Counted from the stretch's first letter, positions 50,997 to 60,665 are shown. The stretch is 64,000 nucleotides of DNA from Thermoplasmata archaeon (GCA_021792255.1 JAJYUZ010000002.1:224001-288000); one strand, 5' to 3'. Notes: generated by a model not told the origin, from the letters alone. A program made the numbers and translations.

Positions 50997-52181
50997 TTAG
51001 TGCCTTAAAGCAGTTTCTGAAGTGCTCCTAATGTCTCTCCCGTTGACGATGACCCTCTCTATAGGATCCTCTCCGAATGTGTACCCGAGCCTGTTGAAAT
51101 GGTCCTTAAGGACTATTATGTTCGCCTCCTTTCCCGGATGGATAGAGCCCGTCTTGTCGGATAGAGAAAGGGAATGGCTCGAATTGATTGTACTCATGTT
51201 GATCAGATTCTCTATGGTGAAGGGAAACAACTGTCTGCCTAAGGCAATAGCCAACGGGAAAGACGTGATGTAGGTGTTTGGCGATATATCAGAACCCATC
51301 GCAAGCACTTTCCCACGACTCTTCATTTTCGAAAATATGGATACCCCTTTCCTCAGACTGATGGCAGTGAAAGGAAGAACTGTTATCGTGCTCTCTATCA
51401 TATCAATCTCGTCTTCTCTTGTCTCTATCATGTGATCGTACGATCTGATGTCCAGACCTTTGAAGAGCTTCACTCCATCCAGATTGCGCAGCTCGTTGAG
51501 GTGGATCCGTCCCGGTACACCAAGGGAGTTTGCGTGTTGAATTGCTTCCTTGGCAAAAGGAGGAGAAAACGCGCCTTCATCGACGAAGACATCAACGAAA
51601 TCTATACGTTTCCTGAATTCTTCGGTCATTTCCATAAACGTCCTGAGGTAAGAGGCTTCACTCATCCCCTTGGGAATAACGTGAGCAAGGAGCGTCTTCT
51701 TCATTCTCATCTTGAGATCCTTTTCTATTCTCTCCATAACTTTGAGCATCTTCTCTTCTGTTTCTGCGTCACCGCCATAACCAGTTTTTGATTCGAATAC
51801 GGCGGTACCATTTCTCATCATGCTGAGGACTCTCTCTCTCGATTCCTGATAAAGAATATCCTCGTCGCATTCCGTGGTCGCCTTAATAGTGCGATAGATG
51901 CCCCCTCCGCTCTTCAGGACGCCCTCATATCCCAGGGTCTTCTTCAGGTCTATCTCGTTTTCCCTCGTTCCGCAGAAAACCACGTGTGTGTGGGGATCAC
52001 TGAATGCTGGAATGACCCATCTGCTTTCTTTAGGTCCACCGGACGTCGGAGTTATGCTCTCTATCAACCCATTGGTTATCCTGATGTCCTGGTGCTCCAG
52101 GAACTCTAGCTCGTCAAAAGAAGATCCCGATGCGAACTTTTTGTTAAACGGAGATGCTATGTTTACGTTCTCAACGAGCAT
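50997..52181 (-). CDS. hutI: Imidazolonepropionase-like amidohydrolase
   Basis: DPHTH..F.G.R..E, GGGI..T..AT, E.K.GYG, DVF...GAF, H..E, GSD..P. Confidence 0.8.
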   Translation of the reverse strand: MLVENVNIASPFNKKFASGSSFDELEFLEHQDIRITNGLIESITPTSGGPKESRWVIPAFSDPHTHVVFCGTRENEIDLKKTLGYEGVLKSGGGIYRTIKATTECDEDILYQESRERVLSMMRNGTAVFESKTGYGGDAETEEKMLKVMERIEKDLKMRMKKTLLAHVIPKGMSEASYLRTFMEMTEEFRKRIDFVDVFVDEGAFSPPFAKEAIQHANSLGVPGRIHLNELRNLDGVKLFKGLDIRSYDHMIETREDEIDMIESTITVLPFTAISLRKGVSIFSKMKSRGKVLAMGSDISPNTYITSFPLAIALGRQLFPFTIENLINMSTINSSHSLSLSDKTGSIHPGKEANIIVLKDHFNRLGYTFGEDPIERVIVNGRDIRSTSETALRH

Positions 52182-53130
52182 TATTCAGGTATAGGTCCCT
52201 GTAACAAGAATCTGCCGCTATGGCACCATCAGATGCTGCCACCACTATCTGTGCAAAGGATCCTGCCACGTCTCCTGCAGCATAAACCCTTTCCACATTG
52301 GTCCTGCCGCTTCTGTCTATTTTGATGTACCCTCTGTCTGTAACTTCCACTCCTAGGCTCTTAGAGAGTTCCGATTGAGGTTCCAGTCCAACATAAATGA
52401 ACACACCGTCAAAACTTTCTTCGTATTCCTTGCCATTAATCCTGTCCCTGAATTTTACGGTCTTGACCAGTCTTCCTTCTCCTTTAATTTCAATGACCTG
52501 AACGTTTTGTCTGTAATCAATCCCCATCGACTGTATCTGTTTGACGTACGCGTCTTCACACATGTACCTAGGCATAAATTCAAAGATCTTCACTTCAGAC
52601 ACTATGTTCTTCATAGAAATCGCGGCAATTGCCCCCGAATTTCCTCCTCCTATTACGAGTACCTTCTTGTTCTTGTAGAGCCAACCATCACAGGTGCTGC
52701 AGTACGAGACTCCCTTCCCGTAGTACTCTTTCTCTCCGGGAATGCCTAGGTGTTTGTGTTTCGTTCCAGTAGCGAAAATGATTGCCTTTGAATGGAATTC
52801 TCCCTTCTCGGTTTCCAGCAAAAATCCGTTCTCCTTTCTGATGGAAATTACCATGTTGTTGTCAACTATCTTGGTATAGTTTCGTGCGTGCTCCAGGAAC
52901 TCTTTTGCCAGATCAGTTCCCGCGATCTCGGTGAATCCGAGATAGTTCTCAACTAGAGGTGCTTCCAGCGTCAATCCCCCAGCCGTAGTTCCATCGATCA
53001 CGACGTTAGAGAGTCCTGCTCGAGTCGCATAGACAGCCGCAGAAAGCCCGGCTGCCCCAGCTCCTATAATGACAAGATCAAAGTCTCTTTTTTCTAACTC
53101 TTGTCTCTCTTCTCCTAAGATGAGCTCCAA
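52171..53130 (-). CDS. trxB: Thioredoxin reductase (Thermoplasma type)
   Basis: G.G.AG, ENY.G, GVSYCSTCDG, GGGNSG, AAGD; TTG start at 53130 after GGGGGA RBS. Confidence 0.92.
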   Translation of the reverse strand: MELILGEERQELEKRDFDLVIIGAGAAGLSAAVYATRAGLSNVVIDGTTAGGLTLEAPLVENYLGFTEIAGTDLAKEFLEHARNYTKIVDNNMVISIRKENGFLLETEKGEFHSKAIIFATGTKHKHLGIPGEKEYYGKGVSYCSTCDGWLYKNKKVLVIGGGNSGAIAAISMKNIVSEVKIFEFMPRYMCEDAYVKQIQSMGIDYRQNVQVIEIKGEGRLVKTVKFRDRINGKEYEESFDGVFIYVGLEPQSELSKSLGVEVTDRGYIKIDRSGRTNVERVYAAGDVAGSFAQIVVAASDGAIAADSCYRDLYLNNAR

Positions 53131-53143
53131 TAGGAATCCCCCT

Positions 53144-54793
53144 TTACATCGGAGGCATTCCGCCCATACCTTCAGGGCCACCCATTCCCGGAGGCATGCC
53201 TCCAGGCGGGCCCTCGCTCTTTGATTTCCTAGATGAGATTACGTCGTCAATCCTCAGTATCATTGTTGCGACTTCGGTTGCGCTTTCGATAGCGTGACTC
53301 TTCACTCTGACCGGCTCTAATACGTTCTTCTTGAAGAGATCGCCGACAGTTCCGTCCATCGCATCAATTCCCACATTCTTGTTTCCTGTCTGGTGTTCCG
53401 ATCTCAGTTTGAGCAGCGAATCAATTGGATCCATACCTGCGTTTTCAGCCAGAGTTCTAGGGACTATCTCGAGTGCATTTGCGAATGTTTCAATGGCCAG
53501 CTGCTCTCTTCCGCCCACAGTCGGGGCATACTTCTTTAGTTGATACGCTAGCTCTGCCTCTATCGCTCCTCCACCCGTCACAAAAGATTGATCCTCAATT
53601 GCCACACCTACTACCTTGAGTGCGTCGTGGAGTGCCCTTTCAACTTCGTCTATAGTGTGCTGCGTCCCTCCCCTTATAAGAATTGAAACCGCTTTAGGAT
53701 ACTTGCATCCGGTGATGAAAGTCAACTTGTCGTCCCCAATCTTTCTCTCCTCGGTCTTCTCTGCGTTTCCCAGATCTTTCGAAGTAAGATCATCAAGATT
53801 TGTAACGATCTTTGCCCCAGTTGCTTTTGCAATCTTTTCCATATCGCTCTTCTTGACTCTCCTGACCGCATATATGCCTTCCTTTGCAAGGAAGTGCTGT
53901 GCAAGATCGTCAACTCCCTTCTGGCTCATTAGAACGTTTGCGCCAGACTTCTTGACTTTATCTACCATCGCCCTGAGGGTTTCTTCTTCTTGGTCGAGGA
54001 ATGCCTGAATCTTGGATGGATCCGTAATTTGAACCTTGGCATCGATCTCAGTTTTCTTGATTTCCAGACCGGAATCGATAAGTGCTATCTTAGAGCTCTT
54101 AACTTCATTCGGCATTCTCGGATGAACCTTTTCTTTGTCTATGACAACTCCTTCTATTAGCTCAGAATCTGTGATTCCTCCCCCGAACTTTTTCTGGATG
54201 AGTATGTTGTCAACATCCACAATCTTTTTTCCGTCTCTCTCTTCGACGATACTCTTGACAGCCTTCATTGCCATCTTTGCAAGAAAATCGGTCACACCAC
54301 CAACGTTCTTTCCTGTCATAGCGGTCAGTGCAACGTTCTTAAGAACTTCATCACTAATTTTCTTCTCAGATATGCTAGACAGAATCTCAGCGGTCTTATT
54401 GGACGCCAACTTATATCCGTTGGCTATGACGGTTGGATGGACGTTCTGATCTAGTAATAGCTCAGCCTGTTTCAGTAATTCTCCGGCAATAACCACTGCA
54501 GTAGTCGTACCATCTCCCACTTCTTGATCCTGTCCTTTTGCAATTTCAATAATCATTTTTGCGGTGGGATGATCGACATCCATCTGCTTCATTATGGTAG
54601 CCCCATCATTAGATATGGTAATATCTCCCAGCGAATCTACTAACATCTTGTCCATTCCTTTCGGGCCAAGTGCCGATTTGACTGTATCTGCAATAGCCTT
54701 GGCGGCCTCAATATTATTTCTTTGAGCATCTTTTCCAGATTCCCTGGTCGAACCTTCTTTCAAAACTAGGATAGGGATTTGTCCCGATAACAT
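53144..54793 (-). CDS. thsA: Thermosome (group II chaperonin) subunit, alpha-like
   Basis: LGPKGMDKML, GDGTTT, RIDD, GGM-rich tail. Confidence 0.95.
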   Translation of the reverse strand: MLSGQIPILVLKEGSTRESGKDAQRNNIEAAKAIADTVKSALGPKGMDKMLVDSLGDITISNDGATIMKQMDVDHPTAKMIIEIAKGQDQEVGDGTTTAVVIAGELLKQAELLLDQNVHPTVIANGYKLASNKTAEILSSISEKKISDEVLKNVALTAMTGKNVGGVTDFLAKMAMKAVKSIVEERDGKKIVDVDNILIQKKFGGGITDSELIEGVVIDKEKVHPRMPNEVKSSKIALIDSGLEIKKTEIDAKVQITDPSKIQAFLDQEEETLRAMVDKVKKSGANVLMSQKGVDDLAQHFLAKEGIYAVRRVKKSDMEKIAKATGAKIVTNLDDLTSKDLGNAEKTEERKIGDDKLTFITGCKYPKAVSILIRGGTQHTIDEVERALHDALKVVGVAIEDQSFVTGGGAIEAELAYQLKKYAPTVGGREQLAIETFANALEIVPRTLAENAGMDPIDSLLKLRSEHQTGNKNVGIDAMDGTVGDLFKKNVLEPVRVKSHAIESATEVATMILRIDDVISSRKSKSEGPPGGMPPGMGGPEGMGGMPPM

Positions 54794-54848
54794 CTAAATT
54801 TCACCCTAAAACGGTAATTCGTTCTTCTATATAAATGTTGTAAGCTCA

Positions 54849-54899
54849 GGTTCTGTTAATATGACGGTTGATAAATTTGGTTGTAAATTTTCGGTTGGT
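54849..54899 (+). repeat. Degenerate direct repeat A starting GGTTCTGTT (IS6-end-like); partner at 59910-59960
   Basis: 37/51 identical, ungapped; first 11 nt identical. Confidence 0.6.
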
Positions 54900-55039
54900 G
54901 AAAAGTGCAAAAGGAAACACAATTTGATTCTAAAGATAGGAGGGGCAACAAAGTGCGTATAAATCTATCAGAAACAAAAAGTCAGGGGCTTGAGTGTGAT
55001 GTCTGCCGTTTTCACGACCGAATAATCAGGATGCACCTT

Positions 55040-55408
55040 TCATGACTTCGAACTTAGAGTATGTTCCTTGGCCCTCACTAAATGTTTCAGTTTTATGAAA
55101 TATAATATAGCAGTCAGTATACTGCCGACAATCATAGATATCTGAAATGCAGCCATAAAATGCTCTCCACCTACTACTTGTGGTGTATCGAAAATTTTGG
55201 GGTTTCCGTTGTAGATCACGGGAAGCTCCCAATAAGCATGGAAATATGTCTCAAGAATGTAATTCACTCCTGGAAGATAGCTGTAATGAGGAGGGCCTAA
55301 CCCAGTTGTATAGACGAAGTCCCACAGTGCCACCAGATAGTACAAGATAGCTCCCTCTACGACTGCAAAGATAACAGTAACACTTACTATTTTATGAGAG
55401 CTTTTCAT
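55040..55408 (-). CDS. Small 2-TM membrane protein downstream of the G1 peptidase
   Basis: Two hydrophobic segments around a Tyr/Pro-rich loop; ATG 4 nt after the peptidase stop. Confidence 0.7.
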   Translation of the reverse strand: MKSSHKIVSVTVIFAVVEGAILYYLVALWDFVYTTGLGPPHYSYLPGVNYILETYFHAYWELPVIYNGNPKIFDTPQVVGGEHFMAAFQISMIVGSILTAILYFIKLKHLVRAKEHTLSSKS

Positions 55409-55412
55409 AGTG

Positions 55413-56711
55413 TCAAGAGCCTGAGCTCCCATATAAGTTATACTTGGAGTTTACCCATGTCATATTCGGTTCCATATATCCGCTTTGAGTCGTGATTGCA
55501 TCATTTATGTTTTGATTCACATTTCCCCACGATTGATTTAGTATGTATTTGTTGTAATATCCATTGTTCAGCAATGTGTTAAGGTTGCTATAGCCATTAA
55601 TAGTCAGGACTGATGGTGAAACAAAGGTAACTGCAGGACTAAATACGGCCAGTTGTGAGATTACATAGATCCCAGATCCGGCTTGATCCGTTTCCGGTGT
55701 TTCTATAATATACTGTGCATACTTAGGCGAATTGTAATATGGAGTGGTAACAGTGTAGGTGTAATAATTGTTCAGAGTAATAGCGACATATGTCGCGATA
55801 TCATTCGAATTGTAGACTATTGAAAATTCTATGCTTGTTCCACTTGAAGGAGCTGGCATTCCAGGATACCCCCCGGAGTAGGCAGGCGATGTTCCATTAG
55901 ACCAAGTCTGGTACCATATAGTATATGCACCCCAGTTATATCCTCCAGTCCATGAATCATACCAGAAGATTCTTTGGAATCCCGTTTGTACTATGTTTGT
56001 AGCATTAGAATTGCTTGGATCGCTGCCTCCAACATATGGAGAGATGCCGATCCATCCGTTCATTGCTTCATTATATCCCGATGGATGGGAAGAAAGTGTT
56101 ATAGAAGGGATCGTAAGGGAAGCAGTATTCTGTGTTATAGAATAACTTGGATCGTAACACTCATATCCAGCCCAGTTTTCGTTGTATTGGGTGGTTGAAG
56201 AGTATACAATTGGCCCCACTGAGATTTCTGGACCGTAGACTGTCTCATTCAAAGAGGAGTATCCGTAGGTATAACAAGTCTGATTTACGTTCCCTTGTAC
56301 AGTCATAACAAGATAAACGTTGTAACTTTGGTTCACAAAGTCATAGCTTTCTCCTTGAGTAAAGTAGATTTCATTATACTGTTCGTAGGAATTATAACCT
56401 TCCTGAAAGACGGCGCTATTCTCGATGTCGTGAAGAGCTTCTATAGAATCTCTCTCCAACGCACTAAGGGAATTGCTATATTTGAAATTCCACTCGTGAC
56501 TTACTGCCACTTCTTCTATTGCCAGTACACTAGAATTTGTAACGCCATCAGAAAGCGAATTGAAATTCAGTAGCGCATTGTAAGAAGTTGAATGTAGCCC
56601 ACCCTGTACACCTTCGGTACTGCCGAGCAATGAAACATTGACAGAAAGCATGACTAAAGAAATAAAAATGCTTATCATCACTTTCTTCTTGAAATTTTTC
56701 ATATTATCCAT
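55413..56711 (-). CDS. Secreted glutamic peptidase, family G1 (eqolisin/peptidase A4-like)
   Basis: Signal peptide (KKK + hydrophobic), long pro-region, NWAGY, WIGI, VQTG (catalytic Gln), AQYIIETP (catalytic Glu), many N-x-S/T sequons. Confidence 0.8.
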   Translation of the reverse strand: MDNMKNFKKKVMISIFISLVMLSVNVSLLGSTEGVQGGLHSTSYNALLNFNSLSDGVTNSSVLAIEEVAVSHEWNFKYSNSLSALERDSIEALHDIENSAVFQEGYNSYEQYNEIYFTQGESYDFVNQSYNVYLVMTVQGNVNQTCYTYGYSSLNETVYGPEISVGPIVYSSTTQYNENWAGYECYDPSYSITQNTASLTIPSITLSSHPSGYNEAMNGWIGISPYVGGSDPSNSNATNIVQTGFQRIFWYDSWTGGYNWGAYTIWYQTWSNGTSPAYSGGYPGMPAPSSGTSIEFSIVYNSNDIATYVAITLNNYYTYTVTTPYYNSPKYAQYIIETPETDQAGSGIYVISQLAVFSPAVTFVSPSVLTINGYSNLNTLLNNGYYNKYILNQSWGNVNQNINDAITTQSGYMEPNMTWVNSKYNLYGSSGS

Positions 56712-56955
56712 CCAAAATGACTATATTTCCATATCACTTAACCTTACCGGAGAATTAATTCAAAATAAGTGAATTAACTACCTTTAATCACTTAAAGTCG
56801 ACAAAAAGTTGTAAATATCGCTTCCTAAGACAATGGGTTTATTCAGACACACTTTTAGACTCTATAGTGTCGGGTTAAATCTTAAATGGTTTAGCAGGAA
56901 TATTCTTTGCAGATCGTTAGAATTTGATATTTAGTACTCGCTTTCTGGGACTACA

Positions 56956-57048
56956 ACTATCACCATTTTGTTATCACTAATTTGGACTGAAGGAAAAGCA
57001 ACGGTTGAATTGGACGATTGAAGTTAAAGATAACAAAATGGTGATAGT
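56956..57048. repeat. Perfect 20-bp inverted repeat with 53-nt spacer (MITE-like)
   Basis: actatcaccattttgttatc (56956-56975) and gataacaaaatggtgatagt (57029-57048) are exact reverse complements. Confidence 0.85.
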
Positions 57049-57195
57049 AATAACTCTTGAAATTACTTAGTTGATAGCCCTTAGCTCGTAACTTTGAGTT
57101 GATGGCTCTAAGCAGGTACTCTATTTTTCTAGGAACTTTGGAAAAATGAAAGAATTGAAAAAGAAATAAATAAAGTATAAAAATGAATCTTATCG

Positions 57196-59047
57196 TCAGG
57201 TCTTTATGTCTAGTAAGAAGCCGTTATCTATGAAATCATTAACCCCGTTTGTCACCACATCAAACACTTTGATTTGTTTTTCGACCATACTCACGGTAGA
57301 AACGTTAACCCAAGTGTTATTTACTGGATTGAACAGTTGATCTCCAACAGTGAGATTTTCAGGGTTTTTCAGCCAACCCGTAAAGGTGGAGTTTCTGATG
57401 TAAATGGGTTGATCAGTTGGGGTCAATAACAATGCGCCGCCATTTACGATTACCTCTTGAGATACTTCTGTCTTGTTGTTAAATAGAAGAGTTCCTATGA
57501 ACATACTTCCATTTTGAAGATTATACTCTTCAACTTTTCCCCCCTGTTTCAGGTCTTGAATTGGTATATAACCGTTTGGCGTCAGGATTAGACTTCCCCA
57601 GGCAACACAGCCTCCTCCAGAAGTAGAGACATCAACATAGAATTGACTTTGTGTGACGGAATAGTCATCAGTTACCGACATTGTAAGTCGATAACTTCCA
57701 GTGCTTGCACTACTCGGAACCTCAATATTGACGTAGAAAGAGAATGGCGGAGACCCGCTTGAAGGCACAAAGCCATAAGTCCAGCCATTAGGGAGGTTTA
57801 CCATACTGAGAAAGACATCACTGCCTCCACTATACGCCTGGTAGGTATTTCCATATATCTCGACGCCTGAGCCAGGAGAGACAGCTGTAGAACCTAGGTA
57901 GCCCGCGCCAAGATCCACTCCGATAGTGGACAAGAACCATTCATTGGCAATAGTTACATCGTTTCCGCTCGTTAGGACTCTAGTTGTGATATTTGATGGC
58001 AGCGGACCCGTAGAAAAGGCTGACCAACCAGATTCCGTATTCCCAGTAAAATTAAAGTTCCAATACGGCCAGTACTGAGTTGTGGTATCGTACACCTCTT
58101 CCCAGTCCGTGTAATCATAATATCCATCATACGTTGACTGTGCTACGAATTCAGTCCCTCCTGTATGATACCACTTTATAAAGATAGGATAGGGATTTAC
58201 GCCTTGTCCTGTGTATGCTGAAAACTCTACTGTGCCATTGCTATTCGTGCTCATTACAAAGGTATAATATTGGTTTTCTTCAAGGTTGTAAGCGTCAGGA
58301 TTGTAGACATAAGTTTGATTGGTCCATCCAACGGACCAAGTTAGCCCCCAAGAACCATAATCTCCAGAGAAACCAATCTGGTCATACGCATTGCTGTTAT
58401 CCCAAATGGAGAGGATTACATAATAGAAATCTGTTGGGGCCTGAATTCGATTCTGGGGTTAATATGGTGACCTGTACCTGAGTGAGCGTGGTTGAACCTC
58501 CCCATGATGCCCCTTCCACATATGAAACATTGGAAGAGTATCTAGGAGGAAAAGAGGCAGACGGAAAGCTGGCATTACTAGACACCGAAACTTTGTGCAT
58601 GGTAGGAGGAGGTAGGTTTCCGCTGTACGTACTGGGCGATGTGATATAATACTTGATAATAAGTAAAGTTACTTCTTTAGTACCTGACCATTCAATACCG
58701 ACGTAATTGTCTGGAGAGAGCCAAGTCTTAAGAGATGGGCTCGGTATACCACTGATGGATATAGAATAATTTGTTCCATTCGTTTCAACCACCCAACCCT
58801 TCAATCCCGTACCTGCAGGAGAATATAGGTTGACTCCAAATAATGTAAAACTCACAAAGTGAAAGATGAAAGTTTGTGTGGAAGTGGTATTCCCTCCGAG
58901 GAAAGATAATGCAAGAGTTACATTTTCAGAAAAATAGTTATTGAGATTCGGAGTGGCCCGATCGTTCGAATAAAGCGCTAAGCTCATAGAAGACGTTGCA
59001 GTTATAATAGAAACTATTATCACAAGACTTTTTAAGTTCATGTTCAA
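57196..59047 (-). pseudogene. Secreted protein with C-terminal Hint domain, split by a 1-nt frameshift near 58436-58458 (ORFs 58397-59047 and 57196-58254)
   Basis: Upstream ORF has a signal peptide; the downstream frame is open from 58458 (PTDFYYVILSIWDNSNAYDQIGF...) through to GGG|CVAWGS...LLDIKT; ~616 aa if repaired. Confidence 0.8.
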
Positions 59048-59085
59048 ACATCTCCTGCTTTAAATGAGTTGAACACATTTTACCG

Positions 59086-59106
59086 TTTCCCAGACAGTCT
59101 GGGAAA
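59086..59106. promoter_or_regulatory. Palindromic operator 1 between divergent Hint-protein and regulator genes
   Basis: TTTCCCAGAC-A-GTCTGGGAAA perfect inverted repeat just upstream of a TATA-like TTAAATA. Confidence 0.85.
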
Positions 59107-59137
59107 TCATTAAATACGGTTTATTTCTGGTATAGTT

Positions 59138-59668
59138 GTGAGGAAGGACGGCCTAGTCTTGGTTATCACGATAGGTATCTCTCTTGCGAACTCCATATTC
59201 TCAATAGTTTTCGTTTTGCTAATTCTCACTTCAAATATTCCACCAGTTAAGGGGTCGCCTGGAATGGTAAAGGTACCTGGTTATTCAGTTGCAGCAATTC
59301 CAATTTCAACTGCGGCACTTGGTTGGTTAATTATCTGCTATGAATTGATATCGCATAGAAAGAACGATATTTCGAAGATTCTGAGGAAAAGACTATCAGA
59401 AAAATGGGATAACCGAGCACTGTACGATGCATTTAGGGGGAGGGGCGGACCGAGAAGGCTTTCAATAATGGAGAGCTTGGGTACACCGAAGATGAGAAAT
59501 GAAATAGCCCAGCTCACTGGCACTGACTGGAAAGAGGTCGATAGGAATATAAGAATTCTTGAGTCAATTGATTTAGTAAGAATACAATACAACCACGGCA
59601 CGGTATCAGTATACGAATTAACTGGTAAAGGAAAAGAGTTCCTGAACCTTGTCGAAACAGAGATTTAG
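59138..59668 (+). CDS. Membrane-anchored (2 TM) ArsR-like winged-helix regulator
   Basis: Two N-terminal hydrophobic helices, then G..R..I...L..P....EIA......K.V...I..LE...LV......Y.LT.KG. Confidence 0.85.
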   Translation: MRKDGLVLVITIGISLANSIFSIVFVLLILTSNIPPVKGSPGMVKVPGYSVAAIPISTAALGWLIICYELISHRKNDISKILRKRLSEKWDNRALYDAFRGRGGPRRLSIMESLGTPKMRNEIAQLTGTDWKEVDRNIRILESIDLVRIQYNHGTVSVYELTGKGKEFLNLVETEI

Positions 59669-59909
59669 GCTCGGGCGTTTCGTTAAGGGGTTTCGCACGC
59701 TACTCTGTCACCTCCATTTGTTCGCTTTGAATGTACATTGTTGTAAGGGCCCAAGTGCAAGTCTTATGATAATCTAGACAACGGAGGATCTTTAGGTACT
59801 GCGCAACATACTTCTCTATTACCGTATCTTAATACAAACTTACTCAGCTCTTATCTCATAAGTTGATTTCCTATTAAATTAAGGGTGATACATGTCACAC
59901 CCGAAACAG

Positions 59910-59960
59910 GGTTCTGTTAACTTGCTGGATGCTGGACATGGTTGTTAATTATCGGATGCT
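59910..59960 (+). repeat. Degenerate direct repeat B (partner of 54849-54899)
   Basis: ggttctgttaacttgctggatgctggacatggttgttaattatcggatgct aligns ungapped with copy A. Confidence 0.6.
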
Positions 59961-60338
59961 ACCAAAGACATTAAAATTCGGATCTTAACCATAGAAACTA
60001 AGACAAGGCACTGGTTTAAATCATCAAAGATGTTTTGATTTTTAGACCAATTTTAAGAAAGGCAAATAATGAGCTCATCAGAAAGAGACCAATTTCTAAA
60101 GAAGAGTGATTCGTTGGTTTTGGCAGAGTTAGGAATATCAGCCTATAGGTCCCTAGTATTTACCGTCGTAAATCTCTCAATCACTATTTCAACAGCAAAG
60201 TCTTCACTGATGACTGGAACTGCGACAACATTTCTAACCATTCCTCTCGTATTCGATTTACTTGTTATTTCCTTTTGACGAGCACTAAGAGAGATAATTA
60301 GACTGAATGCTAAAACTGATTGATTTCTTCTTGTTGGC

Positions 60339-60650
60339 TTAACTGTAGCTAATTCTGCGATGTATCACTAGGACTACACCAGTTGCAGGGAGCAGGAATA
60401 TCAAGAAATCTAAAAATAATGCGAGAAAATCTATAACCCCTATGGTAAAGATAGCGTGATTGCCTTGATAAATTCCCCAAGCATAAGGAAAAGGAAAACC
60501 TCTCTGCCAGGTTGTCCAGAGAATCCCGGCTGTATGAACTACTTTAAAGTAGAGATAGCTGAGCAATGTTAGTCCCACTGAGATTAGAACAGAATATATG
60601 GTCAGCAAGAATGCCCTCCTATACTCTGTTTTTATCATTTTAACCTCCAC
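60339..60650 (-). CDS. Small 2-TM membrane protein downstream of the S53-Hint peptidase
   Basis: Two hydrophobic segments around a RGFPFPY loop; likely ATG at 60638 after GGAGGT. Confidence 0.75.
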   Translation of the reverse strand: MEVKMIKTEYRRAFLLTIYSVLISVGLTLLSYLYFKVVHTAGILWTTWQRGFPFPYAWGIYQGNHAIFTIGVIDFLALFLDFLIFLLPATGVVLVIHRRISYS

Positions 60651-60665
60651 GCCTCCTTTAATCTC

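Noticed and set aside
53131-53181. N-terminal CLRC extension on TrxR
   Set aside because: Overlaps the thermosome 3' end; an RBS supports the TTG start at 53130.
53144-53215. GC-rich short repeats at the thermosome 3' end
   Set aside because: Ordinary Gly-Gly-Met chaperonin tail.
57199-57609. Calling the Hint domains classical splicing inteins
   Set aside because: No terminal His-Asn, no C-extein, no endonuclease, and they sit at the C-terminus of secreted proteins.
60069-60278. 69 aa hydrophobic ORF
   Set aside because: No recognisable motif; may be chance or a remnant.
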